64,000 nucleotides of DNA from a bacterium. Lineage in GTDB: Bacteria > Krumholzibacteriota > Krumholzibacteriia > LZORAL124-64-63. The position numbers were made by a program, and so were the translations under genes. The notes under the pieces were generated by a model. That model worked only from the letters and a program-made list of their open reading frames with translations. It was not told where the DNA came from and did no database searches. The stretch lies in NCBI GenBank assembly GCA_031441465.1, contig JANOEP010000047.1, positions 1-64,000 on the forward strand. The letters are read 5' to 3'. Positions within the stretch are counted from its first letter, which is position 1, and each line of letters opens with the position of its first letter. Of the stretch, positions 47,668 to 56,976 are shown in pieces.

Positions 47668-48639
47668 ATGGTCGACGAGGCGCTCGACGCCGTGTTCGAG
47701 CAAATGCAGATCCAGAGGATCCGCGACGAAATCCTGCCGCTGTTCGCCCGGCTCGCCGCCGGCGAGGAGGCGTTTTTCGACAATCCCAGTCTCGGACGTT
47801 CCCGCGACCCGCTGCGGTCGGAGCCCGCGCTGTGTGCCGTCGGCGGGTTGCGGCACGAGCGCTGCTGGCAGCACGTGCGCGAAAGTCGCCGCCGCCCCCA
47901 CCCCGAGACGTTCTGCTTCCCCGTCGACTGCCGCGAGTGCCCCGTCTACAGCGACGCCCGGCCGTCGATCGTCGAGGAGCTGGGTGAGGAATTCAACAAC
48001 ATGGTCCACCTGCTACGCAGCAACCAGAGGGACGTCCGGAGCGCCATGAACTTCACGCGGGATCTGGCCTGCTCGCTCGAAGATCTCGACCAGGAAAATC
48101 ACCGCATCCGTGAGGAGATGAACCTCGACCTCCTCACGGGCCTGTACAACCGGCGATTCCTCGACGAGAGCCTGGCGAACGAGGTGCAGCGCTGCCAGCA
48201 TCGCCGCCGCCATCTGTCGCTGCTGATGCTCGACATCGACCACTTCAAGACCTGGAACGACCTGCACGGCCACCTCGAGGGCGACCGCATGCTGGCGAGA
48301 TTCGGCAAGCTGCTGCGCGCCTCGATCCGTGACTACGACCGCGCATTCCGCTTCGGCGGCGAGGAATTCGTCGTCCTGTTCCCCGACACCGGTCTCGAAG
48401 ACGCCCGCACCGTGGCCGAGCGCATCCGCCTGCGGTTCGAACAGCTGGTGTTCACCCTGCCGGTCAGCCGCGAGTTCCCCGAGGGGCGCGACTCGCGGAC
48501 CATCAGCGGCGGGGTGGCGAGCTACCGCGACGGCCTCGGAGCGATGGAACTGCTCGAGATGGCGGACCAGGCCCTCTACTGCGCCAAGAGTTCCGGGCGC
48601 AACCGCATCGAGACCGTGCCCCTGCACGTGGTCGTCTGA
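47668..48639 (+). CDS. Diguanylate cyclase with Cys-rich N-terminal domain
   Basis: DLLTGLYNRR, DIDHFK..ND..GH..GD, RDYD I-site five residues before GGEEF, AD.ALY.AK..GRN. Confidence 0.92.
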   Translation: MVDEALDAVFEQMQIQRIRDEILPLFARLAAGEEAFFDNPSLGRSRDPLRSEPALCAVGGLRHERCWQHVRESRRRPHPETFCFPVDCRECPVYSDARPSIVEELGEEFNNMVHLLRSNQRDVRSAMNFTRDLACSLEDLDQENHRIREEMNLDLLTGLYNRRFLDESLANEVQRCQHRRRHLSLLMLDIDHFKTWNDLHGHLEGDRMLARFGKLLRASIRDYDRAFRFGGEEFVVLFPDTGLEDARTVAERIRLRFEQLVFTLPVSREFPEGRDSRTISGGVASYRDGLGAMELLEMADQALYCAKSSGRNRIETVPLHVVV

Positions 48640-48749
48640 GCGCCGCGGCCGCCCCCTGCGTTGACGCGGCCGTCATTCGCGTGTACTCATCTAGTCCTCG
48701 CCGCCGGCCCGCTGCCGGCATGCCGCCGCCATCGGTGAAAGGGACCCGG

Positions 48750-49361
48750 ATGGATGTCTTCACGGCCGTCGCCGAGCGACGCTCGATCAAGAAGTTCGAC
48801 CCCGCGCACCGCATGTCCGAGGACGAGATCCGCTGCCTGATGGAGGCGGCGATCCTGTCGCCCACCTCGTTCAATCTCCAGAACTGGCGCTTCGTGCTGG
48901 TGACCGACCAGGTGCGCAAGGAGCGGCTGCGCGCGATCGGCTGGCGCCAGGCCCAGTTCGCCGAGGCCTCGCTGATCGTCCTGATCTGCGGCGACCGCAA
49001 GGCCTACGCCCGCGACCCCGGCCGCTACTGGCGCCACGCGCCCGAAGCGGCCCGTGCGACGATCGTGTCCGCGATCGTCGGCGCCTACGAGGGCCGCGAG
49101 GACCTGCAGCACGACGAGGTCCTGCGCTCCGGCGGCATGGCCGCGCAGACCATCATGCTCGTGGCCAAGGCGATGGGGTACGACACTTGCCCCATGGTCG
49201 GCTTCGACTTCGCCAAGGCCGCCGCGCTGGTGAACCTGCCGCCCGACCACGAGATCGTCATGGCCGTGGCCGTCGGCAGGCGCCTCGAGCACCCCCAGCC
49301 GCGCGGTGGGCAGCTGCCCCTGGCGGAGGTCGTGATCCGCGAACGCTTCCCCGAAGCCTGA
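48750..49361 (+). CDS. Nitroreductase-family protein
   Basis: RRSIKKFD, SPTSFNLQNWRF, GYDTCPM.GFD. Confidence 0.92.
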   Translation: MDVFTAVAERRSIKKFDPAHRMSEDEIRCLMEAAILSPTSFNLQNWRFVLVTDQVRKERLRAIGWRQAQFAEASLIVLICGDRKAYARDPGRYWRHAPEAARATIVSAIVGAYEGREDLQHDEVLRSGGMAAQTIMLVAKAMGYDTCPMVGFDFAKAAALVNLPPDHEIVMAVAVGRRLEHPQPRGGQLPLAEVVIRERFPEA

Positions 49362-49387
49362 CGCCCGTACCTGCACGGAGGATCCGC

Positions 49388-51217
49388 ATGGCCGCCGCCG
49401 ATCTGTCCGCCCGCCGCGAGCGTGCGGACATCCCCGAGGATCAGACCTGGGACCTGAGCCGGATCTACCCGGACTGGGAGGCCTGGGAGCGCGACTTCGC
49501 CGCCGTGTCGGCGGCCCTGGAGGGGATCGCCGCCTTGTCCGGCAGCCTCGAGCGATCCGGCGCCGACCTCCTGCGCGCCACCGAGAGCGTGCTCGAGATG
49601 CGCCACCGCCTGGAGCGGGTCCACGTCTACGCCCACCTGCGCAGCGACGAGGACGCGCGCATCGGCGCCCACACCGAGCGCAAGGGGCGGGCGGACACCC
49701 TCGGGGTGCGGTTCGCCGAGGCGGCGAGCTGGTACGATCCCGAACTCCTCGCCCTGGACGACGCGGTCCTGGCCGCCTTCCGTGCGGCCGAGCCTGGACT
49801 GGGCCTCTACGACCACCACTTCGCCGACCTGCGCCGTCGCCGGCCCCACACCCTGCCGCCGTCCGAGGAGGCGCTGCTGGCGGCGGCCGGCCAGATGTCG
49901 CGCGGCGCGTCGTCGATCTTCGGCGCCCTGGACAACGCGGATCTCGTCTTCCCGACGATCCGCGACGAGACGGGCTGCGAAGTGGCGCTGACCAAGGCCC
50001 GCTACCAGAAGTTCTCCCGCTCGCGGGATCGGCGCGTGCGCGAGGAGAATTTCCGCGCCTTCCTCGACACCTACGGGCGCCACCGCAACACGCTGGCGGC
50101 CACCCTGGACGCCAACGTCAAGAACCACGTGTTCTTCGCCCGCGCCCGCCGGCACACCGGCACGCTCGAGGCCGCCCTGCACCGCAACGCCGTGCCCGTG
50201 CCGGTTTACCACAACCTCGTGGCCGCGGTGCGCGCGCAACTGCCGCTCGTGCACCGTTACACGCGGCTCAAGCGGCGGGTGCTGGGGTTGGAAGAGCTGC
50301 GCGACCACGACCTGACGGCGCCCATGTTCCCCGACGGCGAACCGACCTACTCCTACGAGGAGTCCTGCGGGTTGCTGTGCGAGGCCCTGGTTCCCCTGGG
50401 CGACGCTTACCTGGAAGTCGTGCGCCGGGGTTTGGCCGACCGCTGGATCGACGTCCACGAAAACGCCGGCAAGCGCAGCGGGGCCTACTCCAGCGGCATC
50501 CACGGCACCGACCCCTACATCCTGCTGAACTGGAGCGGCCAGCTGCGCGACACCTTCACGCTGGCCCACGAGATGGGCCACTCCCTGCACAGCTGGATGG
50601 CCACGCACTCGCAACCCTATGTCTACAGCAATTATCCGATCTTCACCGCCGAGGTGGCCTCGACCTTCAACGAGCTGCTGCTGCAGCGGCGGCTGCTGGC
50701 CGCGACCACCGATCCGGCCCGCCGCCTGTCGCTGCTGGACAACCATCTCGACCAGATCCTGGGCACGGTCGTCCGCCAAACGATGTTTGCAGAATTCGAG
50801 CTGGCAGTGCACCGTATCGGCGAGCAGGACGGCACGTTGACGGCGGATCGCCTCGACGAATTGTACCTGGGCCTCCTGCGGGATTACTGGGGGCCGGATG
50901 TCGTGCTGGACGAGGCGCGCAGCGCCCGCACCTGGAGCCGCGTCCCGCACTTCTACTACAACTACTACGTCTACCAGTACGCGACGGCGTTCTCGGCCTC
51001 CACGGCCCTGGTCCGCCGGGTGCTGGGGGGCGGCGCATCGGAGCGTGAGGACTACCTCGGGTTCTTGAAGTCCGGCTGCAGCCGTCACCCCGTCGAAACG
51101 CTCCTGCGCACCGGCGTCGATGTGACGACGGATGAACCTGTGCGCGACGTGTTCCTGGTGTTCGGCGCTCTGATGGACGAGATGGAAGCCCTGCTGTCCG
51201 TGGAGGACCGTCGATGA
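49388..51217 (+). CDS. pepF: Oligoendopeptidase F (M3B)
   Basis: WDLS.IY, WIDV.EN.GKRSGAYS, TLAHEMGHSLHS, AEVAST.NE, RQTMFAEFE, PHFYYNYYVYQYA. Confidence 0.96.
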   Translation: MAAADLSARRERADIPEDQTWDLSRIYPDWEAWERDFAAVSAALEGIAALSGSLERSGADLLRATESVLEMRHRLERVHVYAHLRSDEDARIGAHTERKGRADTLGVRFAEAASWYDPELLALDDAVLAAFRAAEPGLGLYDHHFADLRRRRPHTLPPSEEALLAAAGQMSRGASSIFGALDNADLVFPTIRDETGCEVALTKARYQKFSRSRDRRVREENFRAFLDTYGRHRNTLAATLDANVKNHVFFARARRHTGTLEAALHRNAVPVPVYHNLVAAVRAQLPLVHRYTRLKRRVLGLEELRDHDLTAPMFPDGEPTYSYEESCGLLCEALVPLGDAYLEVVRRGLADRWIDVHENAGKRSGAYSSGIHGTDPYILLNWSGQLRDTFTLAHEMGHSLHSWMATHSQPYVYSNYPIFTAEVASTFNELLLQRRLLAATTDPARRLSLLDNHLDQILGTVVRQTMFAEFELAVHRIGEQDGTLTADRLDELYLGLLRDYWGPDVVLDEARSARTWSRVPHFYYNYYVYQYATAFSASTALVRRVLGGGASEREDYLGFLKSGCSRHPVETLLRTGVDVTTDEPVRDVFLVFGALMDEMEALLSVEDRR

Positions 51218-51894
51218 CCGTGAGATTCCCGCCGCACACCGCCCGGATGCTGGGCGCAGCCTGCCTCCTGCTGGCCTTGTCGGTGCTCGCCGGTTGCGGC
51301 GGCAAGGAAGACCGCCGGACGACCGGCGGCGACACGACGAGCGACGTGAACAAGACGAGCGGCGGGAGCAAGACGACCGCCGACACCGCGCGGGACGGCG
51401 ACGACAACAACCTGAAGTCCCTCGAGACCGCCTCCACGGCGGCGCATCCCGAAGGCGAATTCGTCGCGACCTGGCCGTCCGGCTGCGCCCGCATCCGGAC
51501 GCGGACCGTGCCCTCGTCGGCGGGCGACGGGCGCGATGCCGTCGTGCGGGCGGAATGCTACCGCGACGACGACGCCTCCCACGGCTGTTCGGTCAGCGTC
51601 TGGTTCGAACGGCCAGACGGCAGCCCCCTGTCGATCGAGGACGTCACGGCCGCGGTCGCGCGCGGCATCGGCGATCGCCGCCTTCAGATCGTGCGCCAGA
51701 CGCCCGTCCTGCGCGACGGCATGGAGGGCGTGCTCGCCCTCTGCCGCGAGGAAGGCGGGACCCGCTGCGCCTGGTACGAAGGCTACCTCCACCGCGGGCG
51801 GATGCTCGTGGTGACCGCCTGGAGCGAGGACGGCGCCCTGTTCGAGGATCCCGAGATCCGCGACTTCTTCCGCTCGGTCACGCTGACCTACTGA
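51214..51894 (+). CDS. Hypothetical lipoprotein
   Basis: Lipobox LAGC, low-complexity linker, Cys-containing globular part; ATGA overlap with pepF. Confidence 0.75.
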   Translation: MTVRFPPHTARMLGAACLLLALSVLAGCGGKEDRRTTGGDTTSDVNKTSGGSKTTADTARDGDDNNLKSLETASTAAHPEGEFVATWPSGCARIRTRTVPSSAGDGRDAVVRAECYRDDDASHGCSVSVWFERPDGSPLSIEDVTAAVARGIGDRRLQIVRQTPVLRDGMEGVLALCREEGGTRCAWYEGYLHRGRMLVVTAWSEDGALFEDPEIRDFFRSVTLTY

Positions 51895-51913
51895 CCCGAT
51901 CCGCCCGCAGAGG

Positions 51914-51968
51914 TTGACACCGCCGCTCCTGACGTTACTTTGGTAAAGACAAACATTTCTTGTTTTTA
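51914..51968 (+). promoter_or_regulatory. Sigma70 promoter plus imperfect inverted repeat (possible operator)
   Basis: TTGACA(51914)-N16-TACTTT, then TAAAGACAA-N7-TTGTTTTTA. Confidence 0.6.
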
Positions 51969-51985
51969 TCCGAGAGGGGCGGGCC

Positions 51986-52492
51986 ATGGCCGAGCAGCAG
52001 CTCAGCGCCAGCCAGGAAGATTACCTGGAGGCGATCTCGCACGTCATCGACGAGAAGCGAGTCGCGCGCTCGAAGGACCTCGTGCAGAGGCTCGGCGTCA
52101 ACAGCTCGTCCGTGACGCAGGCCCTGCGCATCCTGTCCCAGAAGGATCTCATCCATTACGAACCCTACGGTGTCGTGACGCTGACGACGGCCGGCGAAAT
52201 CCTGGCCCGTGACGTGATCCGCCGCCACCGGGCGCTCAACGAGTTCTTCGTGCGCATCCTGGGCGTCGACGGCGCGACGGCCGAAGACGCCGCCTGCAAG
52301 ATGGAGCACGCCATGCCCCGGGTCATCGTCGAGCGGCTCGTCCAGTTCATCGACTACACCGAACGCTGCCCGCGCGGCAGCGCCGAGTGGGTGGAGGGGT
52401 TCGGCTACTTCTGCCGCGCGAAGTCGGAACTCGACCCCCACTGCCAGGCCTGCGAGCTGATCTCTCCCCCGCAGGGTTCCCGCGAGGTCTGA
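51986..52492 (+). CDS. DtxR/MntR-family metal-dependent transcriptional regulator
   Basis: EDYLEAI, L.V..SSVT..L, Y...TLT..G, RRH..L..FF, ACKMEH. Confidence 0.93.
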   Translation: MAEQQLSASQEDYLEAISHVIDEKRVARSKDLVQRLGVNSSSVTQALRILSQKDLIHYEPYGVVTLTTAGEILARDVIRRHRALNEFFVRILGVDGATAEDAACKMEHAMPRVIVERLVQFIDYTERCPRGSAEWVEGFGYFCRAKSELDPHCQACELISPPQGSREV

Positions 52493-52606
52493 CGCGGCGC
52501 GCCCGGACGTGCTATGCTCCGCGCTCCCGATCGCCCCCCCGCGCCCGCGGGCGGCCGCCTCCGCCCGACGGACGACATCGGCACCCTTGGGACAGATCGC
52601 CCGGAA

Positions 52607-52635
52607 TTGCCCCGGCCGCCCGGCTCGGGTATCAT
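52607..52635 (+). promoter_or_regulatory. Putative sigma70 promoter
   Basis: TTGCCC-N17-TATCAT about 50 nt upstream of GTG52686. Confidence 0.5.
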
Positions 52636-52685
52636 GACGGAGGTCCGTCCGCCCGCTCCCGGGCGGTCGTCCCGAAGGAGGCGTC

Positions 52686-53276
52686 GTGACGGCGACAGTC
52701 AACGGCGGTCAGGACGAGAGCGTTCCGCAACTGCTCCGGCGCCCGGCGCGGGTGATCGTCACACCGCTCCCCGGCACCCATCGCCACCCGTTGGGCAAGC
52801 GGGATGTCCAGCGCGTGCTCGCCGTGCTGCCGGAGGAATCCGTCGCGGGGCTGCGCTCGATCAGCATGCTGGACGCGCTGAGCGACGAACGGGACCGGCT
52901 CGTCCTGGGATCGTACCGCCGCCCCGGGTTCGTGCGGTTGCATGCGGTGCCCGTAGGACCCTGGCGCGTGCCCGCCCTCGACGCCGCCGAAGCTGCGGAA
53001 CTGCGCCGCTTCGGCGCCCAGGTCGTGAGCCGCGGCGCCGGCGATCTCGTCACCTGGACGCCCGCGGCCCTGCGGTTGTTCACGGTCGTGAGCGTCCTGC
53101 TGCCCGGAGTGGCCAGGCACCATCGAGAACGCCTCGGGCACGGCGAACCCGGCGCCGTGGTCCGCAAGCTCGGCGATGCTTCGCCTTGGATCGTCTCGGA
53201 TCTGGCGCTGGGCCAGTGGTCCGTGTTCCTCGGCGATGGATCCGCCGGACGCGCGTCGATGCGGGCGGAATCCTGA
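52686..53276 (+). CDS. Hypothetical protein (possibly degenerate zincin-like)
   Basis: AAGGAGG RBS and upstream promoter; HPL...DV...L..LP.....GL..I motif. Confidence 0.7.
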   Translation: MTATVNGGQDESVPQLLRRPARVIVTPLPGTHRHPLGKRDVQRVLAVLPEESVAGLRSISMLDALSDERDRLVLGSYRRPGFVRLHAVPVGPWRVPALDAAEAAELRRFGAQVVSRGAGDLVTWTPAALRLFTVVSVLLPGVARHHRERLGHGEPGAVVRKLGDASPWIVSDLALGQWSVFLGDGSAGRASMRAES

Positions 53277-53394
53277 CAACGCACCTTCAGTCGATGCCCC
53301 GGACGCGCGTCTCCGTGAACGGTGTTGTGGCCAGTCCCTGGAATATGCTAGTTTCGCGGTAGGTTTCGAAATCACCAGTCGTAGGAGGACGACG

Positions 53395-54387
53395 ATGAAA
53401 GCATGTTTGAAATACGGTCCGGTCTGGACTCTGCTGGCCGGGCTGCTGGTCATGGGCCTGGGCGCCGTTCCCGCACTGGCGCAGGATGACGGGGGCGATC
53501 TCGAAGGACTGCTCGAAGACGTGGGCGCGCAGTACGCCCGCGGCTACCTGGCGCCCCTGGTCACCGGGATGGGCGCCAACCAGAACAGCGCCTTGTTCCA
53601 CACCGCGGCGATCCCCGGCACGCGGCTCACGATCTCGTTCGGCCTCAAGGCCATGGGTACCAAGCTCGACGAGGAAGCCAAGACCTTCCAGACGGCCGAG
53701 CGCGTGACCCTGGACGAGCGCTACGGCATCGATCCGCTCGACCCCCGCTACGGCGAGGAGGGCACGCTGGTCATGAGCGGCCCGTCGGTCTTCGGCAGCG
53801 AAGATGACACCGGCACCATCACGGCCTACTACGCCGGCCTGCCCGTCTACACGGCGGTCGGCATCGAGAGCCTGGTCGACCTGGACTACGTGCCCCTGGT
53901 CATGCCGCAGGCCTCGGTCGGCGGCATCATGGGCCTGCAGGCGACGGTGCGCTGGCTGCCCGACATCGACGCCGGCGACATCGGCAAGATCAAGCTGTGG
54001 GGCATCGGCCTGTCGGCCAGCGCGAACTACTGGCTGCCGATGCTGCCGGTGGACGTCTCGGCCGGTTTCTTCAAGCAGAGCCTGGACGTGGGTGAGTACG
54101 TCGCGACCGAGGCCCAGAGCATGTACCTCGCCGCCAGCCGGAGCTTCGCCCTGGCCACGGTCTACGGCGCCTATTCGAAGGAAGAGTCGTCGATGGACGT
54201 CGCGTACACCTACACCTACGACGACAACGGCACGCCCGTCGAGGAAGAGGTCAACTTCTCCATGGACGGCATCCAGGACAGCCGCTTCACCGTCGGCGCC
54301 ACGCTGAACCTCGGTCTGAAGCTGAACGCCGAGGCCGGCTTCGGCGATGTCACGACGTACAGCGCCGGGCTCATCCTGGGCTTCTGA
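53395..54387 (+). CDS. Outer-membrane beta-barrel protein (DUF6588-like)
   Basis: AGGAGG RBS; signal peptide; Y..PL..G.G...N...F.TA; amphipathic strands; terminal Phe. Confidence 0.75.
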   Translation: MKACLKYGPVWTLLAGLLVMGLGAVPALAQDDGGDLEGLLEDVGAQYARGYLAPLVTGMGANQNSALFHTAAIPGTRLTISFGLKAMGTKLDEEAKTFQTAERVTLDERYGIDPLDPRYGEEGTLVMSGPSVFGSEDDTGTITAYYAGLPVYTAVGIESLVDLDYVPLVMPQASVGGIMGLQATVRWLPDIDAGDIGKIKLWGIGLSASANYWLPMLPVDVSAGFFKQSLDVGEYVATEAQSMYLAASRSFALATVYGAYSKEESSMDVAYTYTYDDNGTPVEEEVNFSMDGIQDSRFTVGATLNLGLKLNAEAGFGDVTTYSAGLILGF

Positions 54388-54427
54388 CCCGGGATTCTGG
54401 CTCCCGGCGCCTCGCGCGGGGAAACGT

Positions 54428-54463
54428 AAAAAGAGGCGGGACCCCGCGAGGTCCCGCCTCTTT
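54428..54463. terminator. Bidirectional intrinsic terminator
   Basis: AAAGAGGCGGGACC-N6-GGTCCCGCCTCTTT with A/T tails between convergent genes. Confidence 0.85.
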
Positions 54464-54488
54464 CCATTCGTGGCCGCAGCGGCGACGA

Positions 54489-55106
54489 TCAGTCGAGGGG
54501 GGTGATGTCCCCGTCCTCAAGGTCCACGCTCCAGACCGACGTGCCGACGGTGACGGTGGCCGTGTGGTTGCTGGCGAACGCGACGGTGGCCGTGAAGCCG
54601 CCCGTCGTGACGATCAGCTGACCGCCGACCGGGTAGTTGTCGGCCGCGACTTCGATGTCGTCGACGTCGAAGACGACGGTCAGCGCGCCCGCGATCAGCG
54701 AGCCGGCGCCGTTGGCCAGCCGGGGATCCCCGGCCGCGGTGACGTCGAACAGCAGCGTCGCCGGCAGGATGCCGTTGGCGCCGGGGCCGTCGAAGTCGAT
54801 GGTGAGGCGGTGGTCGACGTCGGTGTAGACGTGGTCGGGATCGCTGTCGCGCCAGTAGGAGCCGGTGATGTAGCTGCTGCCGCTCACGATCTCGATCTCC
54901 GGCGAGGCCTTGGCGGTCGCCAGGTCGTCCAGCACCTCGACCATGCCGATGGTGATGAAGGCGCTCTGGGTCGCGGCGTCCTCCGCGGTGAGGATCGGCT
55001 GCTCGTTCGGCGTGACCGGGTCGTCGCCGCAACCGGCGGCGACCAGCAGCGCCAGCGCTGCCGGCGCGAGCCAGAACAGACGTCCGTCCATCTTGAATCT
55101 CTTCAT
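54489..55106 (-). CDS. Hypothetical lipoprotein
   Basis: AAGGAGG RBS; lipobox AAGC followed by GDDPVTP; beta-rich C-terminus. Confidence 0.8.
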   Translation of the reverse strand: MKRFKMDGRLFWLAPAALALLVAAGCGDDPVTPNEQPILTAEDAATQSAFITIGMVEVLDDLATAKASPEIEIVSGSSYITGSYWRDSDPDHVYTDVDHRLTIDFDGPGANGILPATLLFDVTAAGDPRLANGAGSLIAGALTVVFDVDDIEVAADNYPVGGQLIVTTGGFTATVAFASNHTATVTVGTSVWSVDLEDGDITPLD

Positions 55107-55236
55107 GGGGTGGTCCCTCCTTCGATTCCAGGTACGATTTCGGCATCCAGGCAAACGCAGGAGCCCGTGGTTCGGCGCGGATCCTACAGCGAGAGTAGCA
55201 CGGGAGCGCACTTCTTGCCAATCCCCAGGATGCGGT

Positions 55237-56976
55237 TCAGGGCAGGGTGAACTCCACGGCCCGGGACCCGCACTTTGCCCCGGCATAGGTGATCCGGGCC
55301 TTGCCGTCTCCCGAGACGATCCATTGAACTTCCCTGGTCGAAAAGCCGTCGACCCAGGTCGGGACGCGCGCCGGGTGGTGCCGCGCGGGTTCGACCGTCC
55401 CGAAGTCGCGGTCCAGCAGCACGCCGCCGCCGTGCACCTCGAGGCCGGCGCCCTCGATGGTGAACGTGTCCAGTGGCAGGATGGACCTGTCGCGGGCGCG
55501 CTCGGAGAGGGTCGGCAGGGCGCCGGCGTTGGCGGCGCGGGCGCGGACGCGCACGAGGCCGCCGCCGAGGTCCTTCGTCTCGGTGATATCGAGGCTCAGC
55601 TGCGGCGCCTGCGTCGCGGTCCAGATCACGTACATGGCGTTGCGGTGGAGCGTCTGGGGCAGCAGGAATTCGGGCGGCAGCCGCGTGGTGAACGCGCGCC
55701 AGCCTCCGATCTCGATGTCGCCGTACGTCGGGTGGCGGAAGGGCTTCCAGTCCGAGAACATTTCTCCGGCCATCAGCGCGTCGTTGAACTTCTGGCGCTC
55801 GACGAGGGTGGGGTGGCGGCTCCACAGTTCGCCGTCCTCGCCGTTCGGTTCGTCCCCGTGGCCCCGGTAGGCCGTGTCCGACCCCATCGAAAGTTCGGTC
55901 ACGAACGCGTAGACGCCCAGGCACTGGTACATCCATTCGTCGAAGTCGCCGTGCGTGGTGTAGAGGTCCACGCTCGAGACGAGGTAGCGGTAGCCCGGCA
56001 CGATGCGCTCGCCCTCCTCGCCCAGGAAGTCGAAGACCTTGAGGTCGCCCGGCGGCACCGCCGGGGAGAGGGCCGAGCCGGGCCCGCGCAGGAACATCCC
56101 GCCGTAGTTGTGGAAGTTGAAGCCGAAGCAGACGTTGGGGTGCGACCACAGGAAATCCGCCACCGCGCGCGAACCGCGGGCGCTGAACGGGTAGTCGCCC
56201 GAACCCTCCTGGACGTAGCCGGGTTGCCACTGGAAGCCCCAGTTGCGGTTGAGGTCGAGGTAGCCCGGCGTGTCCTCGTTCACGCGGCCGTCGCCGTCGT
56301 TGTCCAGGCCCTCGCGCCCGAGCAGGCGCCACTCGGCCTGCTCGCCGGGCTCGATCTTCACCGTCACGCGCGGGTCCTCGGGGTCGGTCTTGTGGGTGCC
56401 GAACGGGTCGCGCACGCGCATCTGCAGGATGCGGCCGTCGCCGTCGAGGTCGTCGTAGTCGTCCTCGTCGAGCAGGCCGTCGCGGTCGTCGTCGTGAGGG
56501 ACGCGGGCCGAGCGCCCGAGGTCGAAGCCGCCCGGGTCCGTGAAGAAGCGGGCGCGGCTGTCGACGTTGACCATCGGCACGATGTAGAAGGCGCGCGTGT
56601 CGACCAGTTCGGTGATGCGCTCCCACTTCCCGTACTTGTCCAGCAGCTGCCAGGCGAGGTAGAGGCACACCTCGGTGGCCTGGATCTCGTTGCCGTGGAT
56701 GGCGCCGTCGGCGTAGACGCCGGGCTTCTGCGTGTCGGCGCCGGTCCGCCGGTTGGCGATCGTCAGGCACCAGATGTCGCGTCCCTCCTCGCTCTTGCCC
56801 AGCGACGTGAGCTGCGTCAATTCCGGGTGCGACGCGTGCATCGCCTCGAGCACGGCCACGACCTCGTCGTGGTTGTAGTAGCGGTCCCAGACCATGTTCC
56901 CGAGATCGACCTCGAAGGCCGCCCCGGGCGCGGCGGCCAACAGCGAGAGCAGGCAGACGCAGAGCGCTCGTTTCAT
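55237..56976 (-). CDS. Secreted M14-family zinc carboxypeptidase (intact site)
   Basis: LGKS.EGR, DGAIHGNE (HxxE), P..N.D, DLNRNW, FHN, TEL; DxDxDG Ca-type insert. Confidence 0.9.
   Translation of the reverse strand: MKRALCVCLLSLLAAAPGAAFEVDLGNMVWDRYYNHDEVVAVLEAMHASHPELTQLTSLGKSEEGRDIWCLTIANRRTGADTQKPGVYADGAIHGNEIQATEVCLYLAWQLLDKYGKWERITELVDTRAFYIVPMVNVDSRARFFTDPGGFDLGRSARVPHDDDRDGLLDEDDYDDLDGDGRILQMRVRDPFGTHKTDPEDPRVTVKIEPGEQAEWRLLGREGLDNDGDGRVNEDTPGYLDLNRNWGFQWQPGYVQEGSGDYPFSARGSRAVADFLWSHPNVCFGFNFHNYGGMFLRGPGSALSPAVPPGDLKVFDFLGEEGERIVPGYRYLVSSVDLYTTHGDFDEWMYQCLGVYAFVTELSMGSDTAYRGHGDEPNGEDGELWSRHPTLVERQKFNDALMAGEMFSDWKPFRHPTYGDIEIGGWRAFTTRLPPEFLLPQTLHRNAMYVIWTATQAPQLSLDITETKDLGGGLVRVRARAANAGALPTLSERARDRSILPLDTFTIEGAGLEVHGGGVLLDRDFGTVEPARHHPARVPTWVDGFSTREVQWIVSGDGKARITYAGAKCGSRAVEFTLP

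Noticed and set aside
45931..48009. 692-aa ORF suggesting a MutM fusion
   Set aside because: MutM requires an N-terminal Pro (PELPEVE at 46761); the upstream part overlaps djlA out of frame
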